NCBI RefSeq assembly: GCF_001194135.2
Contig: NC_068989.1
Span: 4,151,240 to 4,215,239 of the forward strand
Source: Octopus bimaculoides
Taxonomy: Eukaryota
Length of the DNA: 64,000 bases
Reading direction: 5' to 3'
Part shown: piece by piece, positions 1-13,235 of the stretch
How the letters are laid out: each line of letters begins with the position of its first letter
How positions within the stretch are numbered: position 1 is the stretch's first letter
Program-made: the position numbers and the translations under genes
The notes under the pieces: model-generated
What the model was told of the DNA's origin: nothing
The model's database searches: none
What the model saw: the letters and a program-made list of their open reading frames with translations, nothing else

Positions 1-2240
1 AAAGGAAAATGTAATAGAAATTGATTATTATCAGCATATATGTTGACATTCGGGTGATTAAAAGAACCGGAGACAGTGAGAAAGCGATGAAGGTAGTGGG
101 GTGACAAGTATACTAAGGGAAGAGAAATCCAGGATATCTTGTCGGCGCTGGATTTGTTACGTATGTCAGTCACCTGACATCGTATGATCTTGAAGAAAAG
201 ACAAGGGCAGGTTAGATACAAAAGTTGGCTGCTGATTGTTGAGTGGTTTACAAGAATAGCAACAAAACAAAAGAACAAAAAATGACCATATTTATAGTGT
301 GGAATGAGATAAGATTTGATTAAAATTCAATGACAAATAATAATTCTACTACATAAGAAACAGCAAAAAATAGCAATAAAAGAAATTAAAAAGAAACTAG
401 TTTTAATCAGATAATTGGCAAATACATAAGGTCGTGATTAGAACCTTTATTTCACAACACATCGGTTGTATGGTTAAGTACGTACACATGCTAATTAGGC
501 AACGATGTAAATGTTAAAGCAACTCCGCAAACGCTTTGAGGTAATTAGGATGACCAATATAGTTTTCTTAAGTGCTCACTCAACACATGAAAACACACAC
601 ACACAACGCATCTCTATAAATGTCTACCGATCTGTACTGTTGTAGACATACATGCTGAGTGTGCGTCTGTGTGTGTTACAGAGAGAGACAGCGCAAGGAG
701 GAGGAGGAGGAAAGAAGGAAAGAGAGCGGGAGCAATGGCTCGCGTACGTGTCGTTTTTTTTTGTCTTGATGCGTTAGAATTAATATCGAACTGTAACGTT
801 CACAAAATGTCCATTATGGTTTATGCTTATGCAACATAAGAGATCACATGTCCTGTTTCGTGTCAAAGATAGATGAATTCTGTTTAAGCTGCGTGTCATT
901 TGATGTTATATTCATTTCTATGCCCAGGTACATGTCAGTGTGTGGGGGGGGGGGGAAGATTTGTAAATATATGTGTGTGTGTGTGTGTATAAGTGTATGT
1001 ATATGTATAAGTATATACCTATATATATACATATATTTATATATATACCTATATAAATAAGCACACATATATGTGTGTGCGCATGTGTGCACGCGTGTTG
1101 TATGCACGAATATATATAATTCCTCTCAAGTGAACAAACATGCTTATCCACACACATAACTACACACGTGAATATTTGCAAAAAACATATGTCGAAACGC
1201 ACCAAAAAATTACACACATATACAAATATATGAGAGGTTACAAAATTGCACACAGTTCCACAAAAACATTCATTAACATAAACATTTATAAAATGAATCT
1301 CATTCGTTATCAAGGTTCCAAGTTGCCCAAATCCTTAAACAGTTATCTTAAATAACAACGCGACGTGCCAAATTTAGGGCGGTAAGTAATGACTTAACAA
1401 TGATAAATATGACATACTATTTCATTTGAGTAACAATGTATAATGAAGGTATACAAGGAGACTTACACGTACACAGATACACACAGAAGCATACATGCAC
1501 ATACAAGCACACATACAGGCAAATATATACGTAAATACCAGATACTGACCTTTCCAATAATCAATATGGATAACTTTACATACATAAGAAAGTATATATA
1601 AACGCAAACACAGATATACGTTTAGACAAACATGCACACACATATATGAAGACATACATATATATACGTATTTGTATATGCTATTACATATATATATTCA
1701 CCCGTGTGTTTGTATACATGCATGCGCACGTGTGTGTGTGTGTATTTGTCTATGTCTATATATGTGTATACAGAGGACAACTTTTCTTTGAAACATGTTA
1801 ATACGGAGAATACGACTGTTTCCAATTTAAATCATTTATATCTATGATTTCTCTTAGTTCCATAGTATTTGTTCATGTTCGACTCGGAACAATAGCGTCC
1901 CAAAGACAATTAATAATCCGAACGCATTTTAGTTTTCATAATAGATTTTAGTTCACAACTACAATTTGCAAAATGCAGCAAATGATTATAGGAATGTTCT
2001 TGCCAAAATGTTTAACGCTATACTTCTGTTTGCTGTCATAGATTTCCCCATAGATGTGTGCTGATGTTTAGTATGTTTTCTCGGGAATACAGCTTGCATT
2101 TTGAATTTTGTCTTTCAACAAAGCTATGTGCACTATTGTACCGAGAGACCATGGGGAGCTGGAAGAATTAAGATTATGATACGCACTAAATGTCTATCTA
2201 TTCATCCATCTATCTATTATACACATGATGTCTCTCTCTC

Positions 2241-2274
<34 letters not shown>

Positions 2275-2295
2275 CGTGAGAGAGAGAGTGTGTGA

Positions 2296-2333
<38 letters not shown>

Positions 2334-2496
2334 CTTGGGTGTACAATTAAATGTTGGACACCTACTTAGAGTAGATCGTCATCCTCTAATTTGTTCTAAT
2401 GGTAGTTTAACTACAGTTCTATATTTCAGAGATGAATTATATACATAGTAAAATATTAAATCTATAAGCTCTAAAATTCACTCCATAATTACCGAC

Positions 2497-2566
2497 GGGC
2501 ATATGGCGTAGTGGTGAAGACCACGCGCTACAAAGACCAATATTCCGAATTCGATTCGAGGCAGTG
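2497..2566 (+). mobile_element. tRNA-derived SINE-like head (Pol III A and B boxes)
   Basis: A box TGGCGTAGTGG at 2504-2514 matches TRGCNNAGYGG. A degenerate B box GAATTCGATTC lies at ~2547-2557 at tRNA-like spacing. No full cloverleaf. Confidence 0.7.
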
Positions 2567-2637
2567 ACCTGAATAATGATAATAATATCCCCGAAAAATA
2601 CCTTAGGAATGAGTACCCATGTTCGAAATTTCCCCAA

Positions 2638-2683
2638 GACACCTGATGAAGGCTGGAGGGTATATCAGCCGAAACGTTGTGTT
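2638..2683 (+). ncRNA. Type I hammerhead ribozyme, minimal Penelope-type with palindromic stem III
   Basis: Stem I GACAC/GUGUU; core CUGAUGA 2643-2649 plus extra A; stem II GGCUG/CAGCC with 10-nt loop; GAA then palindromic ACGU; GUU cleavage triplet, predicted cut after 2678. Confidence 0.85.
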
Positions 2684-3318
2684 AACAACATACAAGACGA
2701 GAACAAATATCCGTCAATTACTCTTTGTTGTATAGCTAATTGTGATATACACAGTAAATGTAGAAGTGTCGGTGAAGCGTGCGACCCCAGTACATCGAAA
2801 CGTACTTTAGTTTATCGATTCCAGAAGGATGAAGAGCTAAGTCTATATTGGCGATATTTGAACCAAGAATAAAATAAGTAGGAAGAAATGCTGATAATCA
2901 TTTTGACCGACGCGCTTAGGATTCCCCCAGATCACCGGCTTCATTATGGCCACAATAATACCAACAATAATTGGTCACTACACATTCTGGACATTCATGC
3001 TTTGCTCGCTGACAACACATCAATCTGAAAATCCAGCATCAATTCTCTAATATGGATTTTCTATGCTGTAGCATCAACGTTTTCTAAACAGTTGACTTAT
3101 TAGCGTTAATCTCCTTTACATTATAATAATCTTCGGATTACTAAACCGTTCTTTCCCCCACCAACGTCTTCTTCATTGTTAGCTTATTCTGTTTCATGTT
3201 TTATTAATAAATCGGTAAGGCTTTTCGTTTGCTTGTTTATTTATTTATTTTAATTCTTTCTTTATTTAATGCTTAGTTATGACAGAAATTATCGCAATTC
3301 GTCTCAATAATTTATCTA

Positions 3319-3329
3319 CCACCACCACC

Positions 3330-3375
<46 letters not shown>

Positions 3376-3463
3376 TTACTACTACTACTACTATCACAAC
3401 CACCACCACCACCACCATCACCACAACCAGTACTGCTACTACCGCTACCACCACCACCAACAA

Positions 3464-3530
<67 letters not shown>

Positions 3531-3560
3531 GTTGCTGCTGCGGCTTCTGTTGCTGCTGCT
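3319..3560. repeat. Compound (ACC)n/(ACT)n microsatellite
   Basis: Direct inspection; source of the poly-Thr/poly-Val ORFs. Confidence 0.95.
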
Positions 3561-3920
3561 GGCATACTTACTGTTGCTGGTACGGCTGTGTTGACCGTGG
3601 TGATTACCTCACATTATTACCATTACAGCTGATAATCTTAAAGTAAACATGATGTCAGAACCAGTTTAACAAAATATAATTCCAGTAATCTTAGCCACGA
3701 CCCTGTACATTGTAAGCTCAAATCCCAATAAGGCGTTTTCAGCCTTACGATTTAAGGTTTCAGGAGGGTAATTCTTTTAGCTCTTTTACTTTTTATTTTG
3801 CCGTTTTTCCTCTTTTCGTTTTCTGTTTCCTAACCGTCCACGTGCTCTGGATGCTCCCTTCTTAACTTTTCACGTTTCATCTTTCATTCATTTTTTTTAC
3901 TTCGATATGATATATAGTTT

Positions 3921-3975
3921 GTGCCTGATGATTAAGTTAGAGGTATTGCTCAACATATGAAACTATTAGTAGCAC
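3921..3975 (+). ncRNA. Type I hammerhead ribozyme, near intact
   Basis: Stem I GUGC/GCAC; CUGAUGA 3925-3931; stem II about 8 of 10 pairs (GUU-A-GAG/CUCAAC core); GAA-ACUA-U-UAGU; GUA triplet, predicted cut after 3971. Confidence 0.75.
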
Positions 3976-4801
3976 CTAAAAACATGTATTGTATCTATCC
4001 AATTAAACTCTGTGTGTGTGTGTGTGTGTGTTGTATTTTGTGACCAAATTGATATTTATTATAGTACATCGCACACGCGTCTGTGTGTTTTTGATTGTAT
4101 GTACGTATGTATGTGGTATATTAGTATGTATATAGATATGTGTGTATGTGTTTAGCTTGATGAGGGTTTTGACATAATGGTCGATATACGCATTTTATCC
4201 ATACTAACATCATACAAAAATCACAAAAACTTCCAAATTATTTACTTCTCATTGTCTAACTTTCTCAATCGATTGAATTCAACGATAAATCGAAATCGAA
4301 ATCAATCAATTTCCGCTCTATGGCATACGCGTATTGATGTTTGATCACAAACATTTGAAAGAAAAAGAAAATAGAAAACCGCTGATATTTATTGTATAAA
4401 TAGACGGGTTGACCAAAATCAGTAAACAGCACAAGAGCAATGCACGCACGCACATACACACACATACACACACACACACACACACTCAAACACACATGTA
4501 TATATATGTGTGCGTGTAAGAATATATTTACGTAAATTATATATATATATATATATATATAAGTATACNNNNNNNNNNNNNNNNNNNNNNNNNNNNNNNN
4601 NNNNNNNNNNNNNNNNNNNNNNNNNNNNNNNNNNNNNNNNNNNNNNNNNNNNNNNNNNNNNNNNNNNNNNNNNNNNNNNNNNNNNNNNNNNNNNNNNNNN
4701 NNNNNNNNNNNNNNNNNNNNNNNNNNNNNNNNNNNNNNNNNNNNNNNNNNNNNNNNNNNNNNNNNTATATATATAATATATGTATATAATATATGTATAT
4801 A

Positions 4802-4853
<52 letters not shown>

Positions 4854-4989
4854 ATGTATGTATGTATGTATGTATGTATGTAGTAATGTTTGTTTTTAAG
4901 TTCAGTTTAATAAAAACAATTTGACATTAATCTGATGGTTTATTCTATAATTTTGTTGAGTATATATTTAAAATCCTTAACCAAAAATG

Positions 4990-5952
4990 TTATTGACAGT
5001 GACATCGACCCCGGCACTTGGTTCGTACTTCGATTTTTTCTATCCTAAAGAGATGAAAGGCAAATTTCACCTCGATGTTATTTCAGCTCAGAATATAAAA
5101 AGCCGGAAGAAAAGCCGCTAAGTGTTTTGTCCGTCATACTAACGATTTATCCACCTTGCTGCTCTCCTAATTAATTGATCTTTGAATAATTTAGACGAGA
5201 TAGTCTAATGGAAATAATTCAAAATCACCAGTGTTATGAATATGGGCGATAAAGACGGATAAATGTGTATCAAATGACATACAAGTGAATTCTTGTTTTA
5301 TTGAAATTTACTCCCCAATAAACCTGGGAAATTAGTTTTGCTAGTGGTAGAACAGTTGAGAGAACTGAGGCAACCTTAGATGAAATATTTTGCTTAAGAA
5401 AAAATTGCACCCCCACTCCGGAATCGAGATCACTCTCTTACGATTGGAAGTACAGCACTCTAACTACTAGATCACGCGCCTTTAACAAATATTGTTTTCT
5501 ACTGTAGGCAAAAGACCCGAAATTTTGGGGGAGGTGGCCAGTCGATTAGATCGACCCAGTACACAACTGATATTTAATTTATCGACCCCGAAAGGATGAA
5601 AGGCAACGTCGACCTCGGCGGAATTTGAACTCAGAACTCAAAGTCAGACGAAACGCCGTTAAGCATTTCGTCCAGCATGCTAACGGTTCTGCCAGCTCGC
5701 CGCGTTGCCTTTACCAAATATTAAGACATATCTGCAATTGATTTCAAGCTCTGGCACAATTCCACAAATTTGGGAGGGGGGGGTAGTAAGTCAATTACAT
5801 CGACCCCAATATTCAGCAGGTACTTATGTTTTAGACCCCGAACGGATCAATGGCAAAGTCGACTTCGGTAGATTTTGGACTCATTACGTAAAGGCGGACG
5901 AAATGCCGCAAAGCATTTCTCCCGGCATGCTAGTGATTCTGCCAGCTCGCCA
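4990..5952 (-). mobile_element. Cluster of three family B SINEs (~4990-5165, 5490-5703, 5735-5952) plus a partial family D SINE (~5370-5482)
   Basis: Repeated ATCGACCCCGAAAGGATGAAAGGCAA..GTCGACCTCGGCGGAATTTGAACTCAGAA...CTGCCAGCTCGCC in the same (reverse) orientation. Confidence 0.8.
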
Positions 5953-6719
5953 TTTTAAGAATTGTTTGGAGACAAAAAGATAGCTATGGGCACGTGTTTC
6001 TTCCGTCTGGCGTCATCAGCGTTCACTCCAGCTGATACTAATTCATACACAAAAAGGAATAGAAAGCATTTATATCCTAGTTTAATTTGCATAATTTAAA
6101 CGAAGGTGAGACGCGACATATAATTGACAGTTGCTAATGGTATCAGAAGGGACAGCAAAGATGGATAAATGGTTTTCATTTAATTTGGGAGAGCAATGTT
6201 CTAACATGTCTCAGTATTAGCGGGTATGGCGTGGAAGAAAACGGAGATCAATATTTTCGACATTCAAAATTCGTACATCCTTGCTAAACGAGGGTGCCTC
6301 TACATCCTTGCGTGATTTGCTAAAAGCAGTTGTCATGCTCAAATAACATTACCACTGACTTAGGAAAGGATTCACGGAATATCGCGGCGTTGGATTCAGT
6401 GCGGATAGAAAAAAGAAACCGTTTTGGTCGTGGGTGGATTGGTTTCGACTAGAGTTAACCTAGTGCAAAGCAACAGCGACTTCAGATTCGTTGAAGTATG
6501 TGTTCTAGTTACCAAGATATTATTCTAGCAATTATTCCCGGGGAAGGCTTTCATCCTTTTGGAGTCAATAAAATAACAACCACTCAAGTACTGCTCCTGT
6601 TGTAACCGACTATATTTACCACCCGTCCCCCACCCCACCAATTTATACTCTTGTGCCTATGGTAGAAATCATTATGGAATAATAATGAGTTTTCAGTTTT
6701 CTGTTTGTAGCAATTTCCC

Positions 6720-6811
6720 TTCTTCTTCTTCTTCTTCTTCTTCTTCTTCTTCTTCTTCTTCTTCTTCTTCTTCTTCTTCTTCTTCTTCTTCTTCTTCTTC
6801 TTCTTCTTCTC
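6720..6811. repeat. (TTC)n microsatellite
   Basis: About 30 perfect units. Confidence 0.95.
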
Positions 6812-7554
6812 CTTCACTAATGTGTGTGTTTGTGAAAGACACAAACATCACGTCATTTAACTGCTCCATCCCTGACAAGCTAAGGCCATTTTCCTACGCC
6901 AGAAATCAATAGTTTAATTCGTTTGGGTGTGATCTATGGTTTAATACTGCCTCAATTATTAGATTTTCTTTCATATGCAACTATTGATTTTCTACTTAAG
7001 CACAAGGATATATTCAGAAAGAAGGTATTTGAATACTGAATCGGACAATCTATTACCGTGGTTTGAAAAACAAAATTTAACCAATGGGGTTTCGACTCGG
7101 AATTTATAGGAGTGATAGGAACAAATGCTGTTTTATCGATTTTGAAGGAACGAATTGCAAAGCCAGCCTCATCACTATCTAAAAGCAGAATGTATAGGGA
7201 GCAATTATAAGTTTTTATATGGCATTCAAGTATAAAATTGAGGTAAAAATGATTTTTGGTAGCCCTACTGATACGATTCGAACAAATATATTTAATACTT
7301 GCCGGCAGATAGCCCTGATGATCACAGGGTTTCTACAACTAATTCTCGTTATCAATTATAAATATTTCATTCTGATATTAATAACAGATATTGACAAGAA
7401 GGAGATGGAGGTAAACTCTAGACTATGATTTCATTCAAAATTAAATAAAAGTATTTCAAGACAAAGTTGTAGTATTCAACATAAGAAGGTATTTCCCCTC
7501 TGTTCGAGGTAACCGATGATAAATAACTCCAAGAATCAAATGAGCCCGAGTTTC

Positions 7555-7990
7555 TAAGACACAACTGAAAATAATGTGAGACAATGATTTTAACAGGAGG
7601 AACTTAGTCGCTAGCAGTGACTGATTACTTGACTAGTACTTTAGTTTATCGACCCCGAAAAGATAAAAGATGATATCCGGATTTGTACTCAAGAAAAAAT
7701 TACGCAACGCCATTTTATTAATAATCTAACGATGCTACAACCTCGGCGCCTACATAATGATTAATAATAGATGTATTCCTTTCTACTCTAGGCACAAGAC
7801 CTGAAATTTTAGAGGCTGGGGATAGTTGATTACATCGATCCGAGTGCAAAACTTGTACTTATTTCATCGACCTGGTAAGGGTGAAAGGCAGAGTGGACTT
7901 CGGCGGTATTTGAATTCAGAATGCAAAGGCAGACGATATCTGCAAAGCATTTTGTCCGATGTGTTAACGATTCTGCCAGCTTGCAGCCTT
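7555..7990 (-). mobile_element. Two family B SINE copies (~7555-7750 partial, 7775-7990)
   Basis: Reverse-strand family B motifs TATCGACCCCGAAA and GGTATTTGAATTCAGAA...TTCTGCCAGC. Confidence 0.7.
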
Positions 7991-9344
7991 AATGCTAGAT
8001 ATAATGAGCCAATCAGCCCGAATTAGAAACAGAAGACGACAACTGACGGAATTTAACGATGTTAGTTAAGTGTTGCTCTTGTCTTAAATAACTAAATTCC
8101 ATAATATCTTTTGTAGGTCTTCTGAAACATATTTTACGAAATTAATATTCCATTTGAATAATGACATACAAACTCAATCTCACATTTGTATATTTGTCTA
8201 TATCTTCAATATGTATCTACCTATCTATCTATCCGTCTAACCGGTTAGCTACCTAGCTATCAATCTGTCAATTTGTCAGTGTATCGGTCTCCTTAAATGT
8301 CTTTGTCTATCTAAATAGCTATTTATTCATCTACCTATCTTCCTCTTTACCATCACTCAATCTATCTGTCCTCTTGCGTGTGTATGTATACGTATATATA
8401 TATGTATATATATATATATATNNNNNNNNNNNNNNNNNNNNNNNNNNNNNNNNNNNNNNNNNNNNNNNNNNNNNNNNNNNNNNNNNNNNNNNNNNNNNNN
8501 NNNNNNNNNNNNNNNNNNNNNNNNNNNNNNNNNNNNNNNNNNNNNNNNNNNNNNNNNNNNNNNNNNNNNNNNNNNNNNNNNNNNNNNNNNNNNNNNNNNN
8601 NNNNNNNNNNNNNNNNNNNNNNNNNNNNNNNNNNNNNNNNNNNNNNNNNNNNNNNNNNNNNNNNNNNNNNNNNNNNNNNNNNNNNNNNNNNNNNNNNNNN
8701 NNNNNNNNNNNNNNNNNNNNNNNNNNNNNNNNNNNNNNNNNNNNNNNNNNNNNNNNNNNNNNNNNNNNNNNNNNNNNNNNNNNNNNNNNNNNNNNNNNNN
8801 NNNNNNNNNNNNNNNNNNNNNNNNNNNNNNNNNNNNNNNNNNNNNNNNNNNNNNNNNNNNNNNNNNNNNNNNNNNNNNNNNNNNNNNNNNNNNNNNNNNN
8901 NNNNNNNNNNNNNNNNNNNNNNNNNNNNNNNNNNNNNNNNNNNNNNNNNNNNNNNNNNNNNNNNNNNNNNNNNNNNNNNNNNNNNNNNNNNNNNNNNNNN
9001 NNNNNNNNNNNNNNNNNNNNNNNNNNNNNNNNNNNNNNNNNNNNNNNNNNNNNNNNNNNNNNNNNNNNNNNNNNNNNNNNNNNNNNNNNNNNNNNNNNNN
9101 NNNNNNNNNNNNNNNNNNNNNNNNNNNNNNNNNNNNNNNNNNNATTCATCTACCTATCTTCCTCTTTACCATCACTCAATCTATCTGTCCTCTTGCGTGT
9201 GTATGTATACGTATATATATATGTATATATATATAGGTAGGTAGGTAGGTAAAGAGGTAGTGTGCGTTTGCGTAATGGTGTACGAGAGTGTGTGCGTAGG
9301 TATGTATGTCTGTTTTTGTCTTTCTGTTTGTGTTTATGCTTCCG

Positions 9345-9535
9345 GTACCGTTTGGCAACCGGTGTCAGTTAGTTTACGTCCCCGAAATATAGCCGTTTAG
9401 TATAAACAAATGCCGATAGAATGATTACCTGAGTTGAAATGAATACGTCCTAGGGGTCGATTTATTCGATTGAATCCTCCAAAGCGGTGCTCCAGCATGG
9501 CCGCAGCCCAGTGAGTAAAACAAATAAAACATAAA
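9345..9535 (+). mobile_element. SINE family A, 3' half (diverged)
   Basis: GCGGTGCTCCAGCATGGCCGCAG motif and upstream GGGGTCGATTTATTCGA. Confidence 0.75.
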
Positions 9536-9842
9536 TGATATAAGCTCATAGAAATGAAAAAACAAAAACGTTCTCTCCGAGTGTGAATTGTGTGTGAGAT
9601 GATGTTTGAGTTTCTGCTCACATTTCATCTATCACTCACATTGCCTGTTTGAGTTACACTCTGCCATCTTAGACTGATTCCTCTTGTAACTTTATCACCT
9701 CGTTGTTTCTTATTTCACCTCTCAATGTTATGACTTATTGTCCTATAGAACCATCGAGTAAGATTACAGACACCTCATAGATTTAGATATTCTGTTGTAT
9801 TAGATTAAGAAGGAAGTTGTTACCTACACACACACACACACA

Positions 9843-9880
<38 letters not shown>

Positions 9881-10989
9881 TATATACATATATATATATT
9901 TACACACACACACATGTATATGTATGTATGAATGAATATACACGACGGCTTGTAAACATCTAAGAAACAAAAAAAAATCGATAACAGCGATGTTTTTTTT
10001 TTCTTCATCTTCCGTATCACGACTAAAGATTGTTGTTTCTCTATAGACAGAATTATTCAAACCTATATGCAACATTTTTTATTCACATACACTACCTCAT
10101 ACTCTCTCTCTCTCTTTCCATCTCTTCTCCCTCTCTCTTTCACTTTCTCTTTCACTCTCTCTCTCTCTCTCTCTCTCTCGCTCTCTCTCTCTCTCTATGT
10201 TTTCTCTTTTTACATTCTCTTTTTATGTCAAACTTTTGCTTGTATAAATTCTTTTCTTTCTCTCTTTCACTCTTTCTTTCTATAACTTACTCTTCTTTTT
10301 ATCCTCCTCCTTCCCTCTCTTATTTTAGCCCTATCTTCCAATCATTATTTCTCTCACAACTTTATTTTAATATCTCGTCGTCCATTAAATTACTCTTCTT
10401 TGCTTTCCTACTTTCACTTTCACTTTAAACATTATCTTTCCTTTTCTTTCTCACCCATTCCTCTCATTACACATAACACTCTCTCTCCCTCTCCCTCTCT
10501 ACCTCCTTAACTCCCTCAGCCCGCACCTCCTCACTATCACATGTCTCTCTTTCTCTATCTTTCTTTAAAAAATATTTAATTCTCAATTTCCTTTCTTTTT
10601 CCCAGACATTATTCAAATTTTTGTACATTTTCCTTTCTTCTTTTCTCCGCCAAGTTTTTATTCTCTTTTTTCTCGCACCCCTCTTCAACTACTTATTATT
10701 AGTAGTAATAATAGTACTCGTAGATATACTCGTATTACCTCTACGCTTCCTTTGTCTCATCTATTGCTAAACGATCTGTTTGTCTTCTAGAGATCACATA
10801 CCGTCTGTCTTTATTGTAAAATGTAGACAACTTAAATTTCCTTATGTTCCTATTAATATTATCATTTTGGCAAGTGCCAACCAAAGAGAAACTGTGATTT
10901 CTTAACTTGCTAGAACTCCCTGAAATAAAGCTGCTATTTTCAAAACCAAAAAGGTTTTTTTTTAATTATATACTCCTAGATCTTCTTAC

Positions 10990-11210
10990 TCTTAGATTTT
11001 CCTGTACAGTTGGTACACCGGGTAACAAGACGCCTTCAGTCACTTTGGTGCTGATGCCAGTTTGCTTCAGATCTCTTTTGAAGATGGCGTACCATATCTT
11101 CGTTGGTTTACCACTTCTCTGTTATCCCTCTGTTTATGGCCGTCCAAATGGACTGGCTTGGAAGGAGATACTTTTAAGCGTAAGTTTGTCCAATCAAATT
11201 TGACTTGAGC
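10990..11210 (-). pseudogene. Degenerate RTE-like LINE 3' fragment
   Basis: RSGKPTKIWYAIFKRDLKQTGIS resembles GRP..RW.D..KRDLK..GI. Upstream frames are interrupted by stops. The element may extend to ~12500. Confidence 0.5.
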
Positions 11211-13049
11211 TTACACAACCATAACATCAATAACTTCATTGATCTGAATATTATTAGGGTGCATAAATGGTAAAATGGAGAGAGAATGGAGTATGAAGCC
11301 CTGCGAGGTTTCCTTACTTCACTTAGTTCAAATACGCACAGTGGATAACATGTCCCTGGTAAGTGATATATTAAGATCTCCACTGGACAAAATGACCTCA
11401 TATGAGCAACGGAGGAGTACTTCTCCCGGGGACTGACCTAAACAAGGTCTGAAAAGGGTGTATTTGTAAAAGGTTAGCAATGGCTCATGTAACAAGTTTC
11501 CCTTCTCACGCCATTGAATAGAAACGCTCATGTGTGACACATCTTGGTTCGAATACTGTCGCAGAGGAACACAGAACGTAAAAGTTTCAATCTTTGCAGG
11601 CATCATTAAAATATATACAACTCAAATAGTGAATGTGACTTAAAGATTTAAATGGTTGTAATCTTCTTCAATCTTTATGAGTTCGTTTGTGGACAAGATT
11701 AAAAATTATTACAGAGCAGTTGTTTGCATTACCTCTTGCAAAAGTGCTTTGAAACAAGTGATTGATTGATTATTCTATCCAGCACGATAAATTATTCCCA
11801 AAATCTCCACCCGGGGCTCAATGCGTACCGCCATAAGATAGATGCTTCCATAGTCTTCGATCGTTGGTAAGATCATTCTGGGAAACCATGTCAAGAGCTG
11901 TCCATGCTGTGATTCTATCTCTCTAGCTCTTACATTGCCGACCTCTGTTTCTCTTTCCAATCGCTTTGTGTGGATAGGCAGTTTGTGTACTTTACTTTTC
12001 AACGACAATAGTGACTGATGATAATTTGGTTATTTGTCTCAGCTCTTCGGTTCTGACATGGTCTGAGAGATTTGCGTTTGTTATAAAGTTGCATTACACG
12101 ACACTCAATGACTTCCAGTTGACACATTCTCGCCCTTATTGTATCGATAGGAAGAGATTAACAAATCTAATGTGTTGTACAGATCTCAAGTATTATGTAA
12201 TTTCTCTACTTCCGAAACATGTATTATTAGTCAGTATTTCTTCCTGAGTTCACGGCAGAGATTGGTTTCATCATAGGTACTTAGGCTCAGTGAGAGATAA
12301 TTGTACCAACAGTGATAGCCAGATTCCTGCTTCTGTTTAAGAAATTGATAGAAGTACGTTACACTGTGTAAACTGTGAATTTCTGAGATAGAAAGCATCA
12401 GTAGCAGTACCGAATACGATTCGAACTTCCAGTTTTATTGGCTCTTGTTAACGGTGACTTGTAACCGGAAGAATACTCTGTTGTATAAGAGGGTGTACAG
12501 TTACACTGCTCAAGGATTATACGTGCAATAAGAATATAAATGCCTATTTTTAAAAGGAAAGTTTGTCAAATGCATTTGTATAGTTTAAAATACGTTTGTC
12601 CAATGTGCGATGTAAAAGGTTTGTTGTTCGTAGTGGTGCCAGATCAGAATTGTAAAGTTATACAGAATATCACAGTTCATACACGCGCTTTCTATTGTAT
12701 AATCTTTGCTTTAGATCTGGTTTCGTTTGGTTTCTACAAATGCAGCAGATCAATCAAAACTGATCGACAACGTTGTTCACTGCTGGAATGTAGAATTATC
12801 AGCAACAAAATCAGTGAATGTTTTATGATATTACGTCCCTTTACATTGTAAATTCAAATCTTTGCATTGCATTCTTCAACAGCCTATAAAAGTAAAATAC
12901 GTGTAAAATACGAGTCAAATTTGTTTTGACTTTAATCTAACGTCAAATTTAATTAAACCCTCACGCTGATACACGGGATTCAATTATACAATACATCGCA
13001 AAGCGTTACCTCCGCAACAATATTATTATTTGTTATCACTTAAGAAGCA

Positions 13050-13235
13050 GAATCATTTGTGCGTCGGACAAACTGATAAGCATTTCTTTGGGTTTTACGC
13101 TTCGAGTTCGAATATCGCCGAGGTCCAGTTTGTCTTACATCATTTTTCCGTCAATCAAATAAGTACCAACTGAGCACTGTGATCGACTTGCTCCTCCCCT
13201 CAAAATTACTGGCCTGGGACCGTACAATTAGAAAG
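13050..13235 (+). mobile_element. SINE family B, diverged
   Basis: GAGTTCGAATATCGCCGAGGTC...AAATAAGTACCAACTGAGCACTG. Confidence 0.7.

Noticed and set aside
3266-3632. Poly-Thr/poly-Val ORFs, and likewise poly-His, Ser, Ile, Glu and YI/CV/HT ORFs across the window
   Set aside because: Translations of microsatellites or of N-gaps.
5985-6026. Minus-strand CUGAUGA...GAAACACGUGC hammerhead-like motif
   Set aside because: U16.1 is replaced by C, stem I cannot pair and stem II is only 2 bp. At best a fossil.
11327-11364. 32-nt segment with TAG acceptor and CTG|GTAAGT donor
   Set aside because: It lies within a probable antisense LINE remnant and is compatible with chance. A weak candidate at 1315-1381 was rejected on similar grounds.
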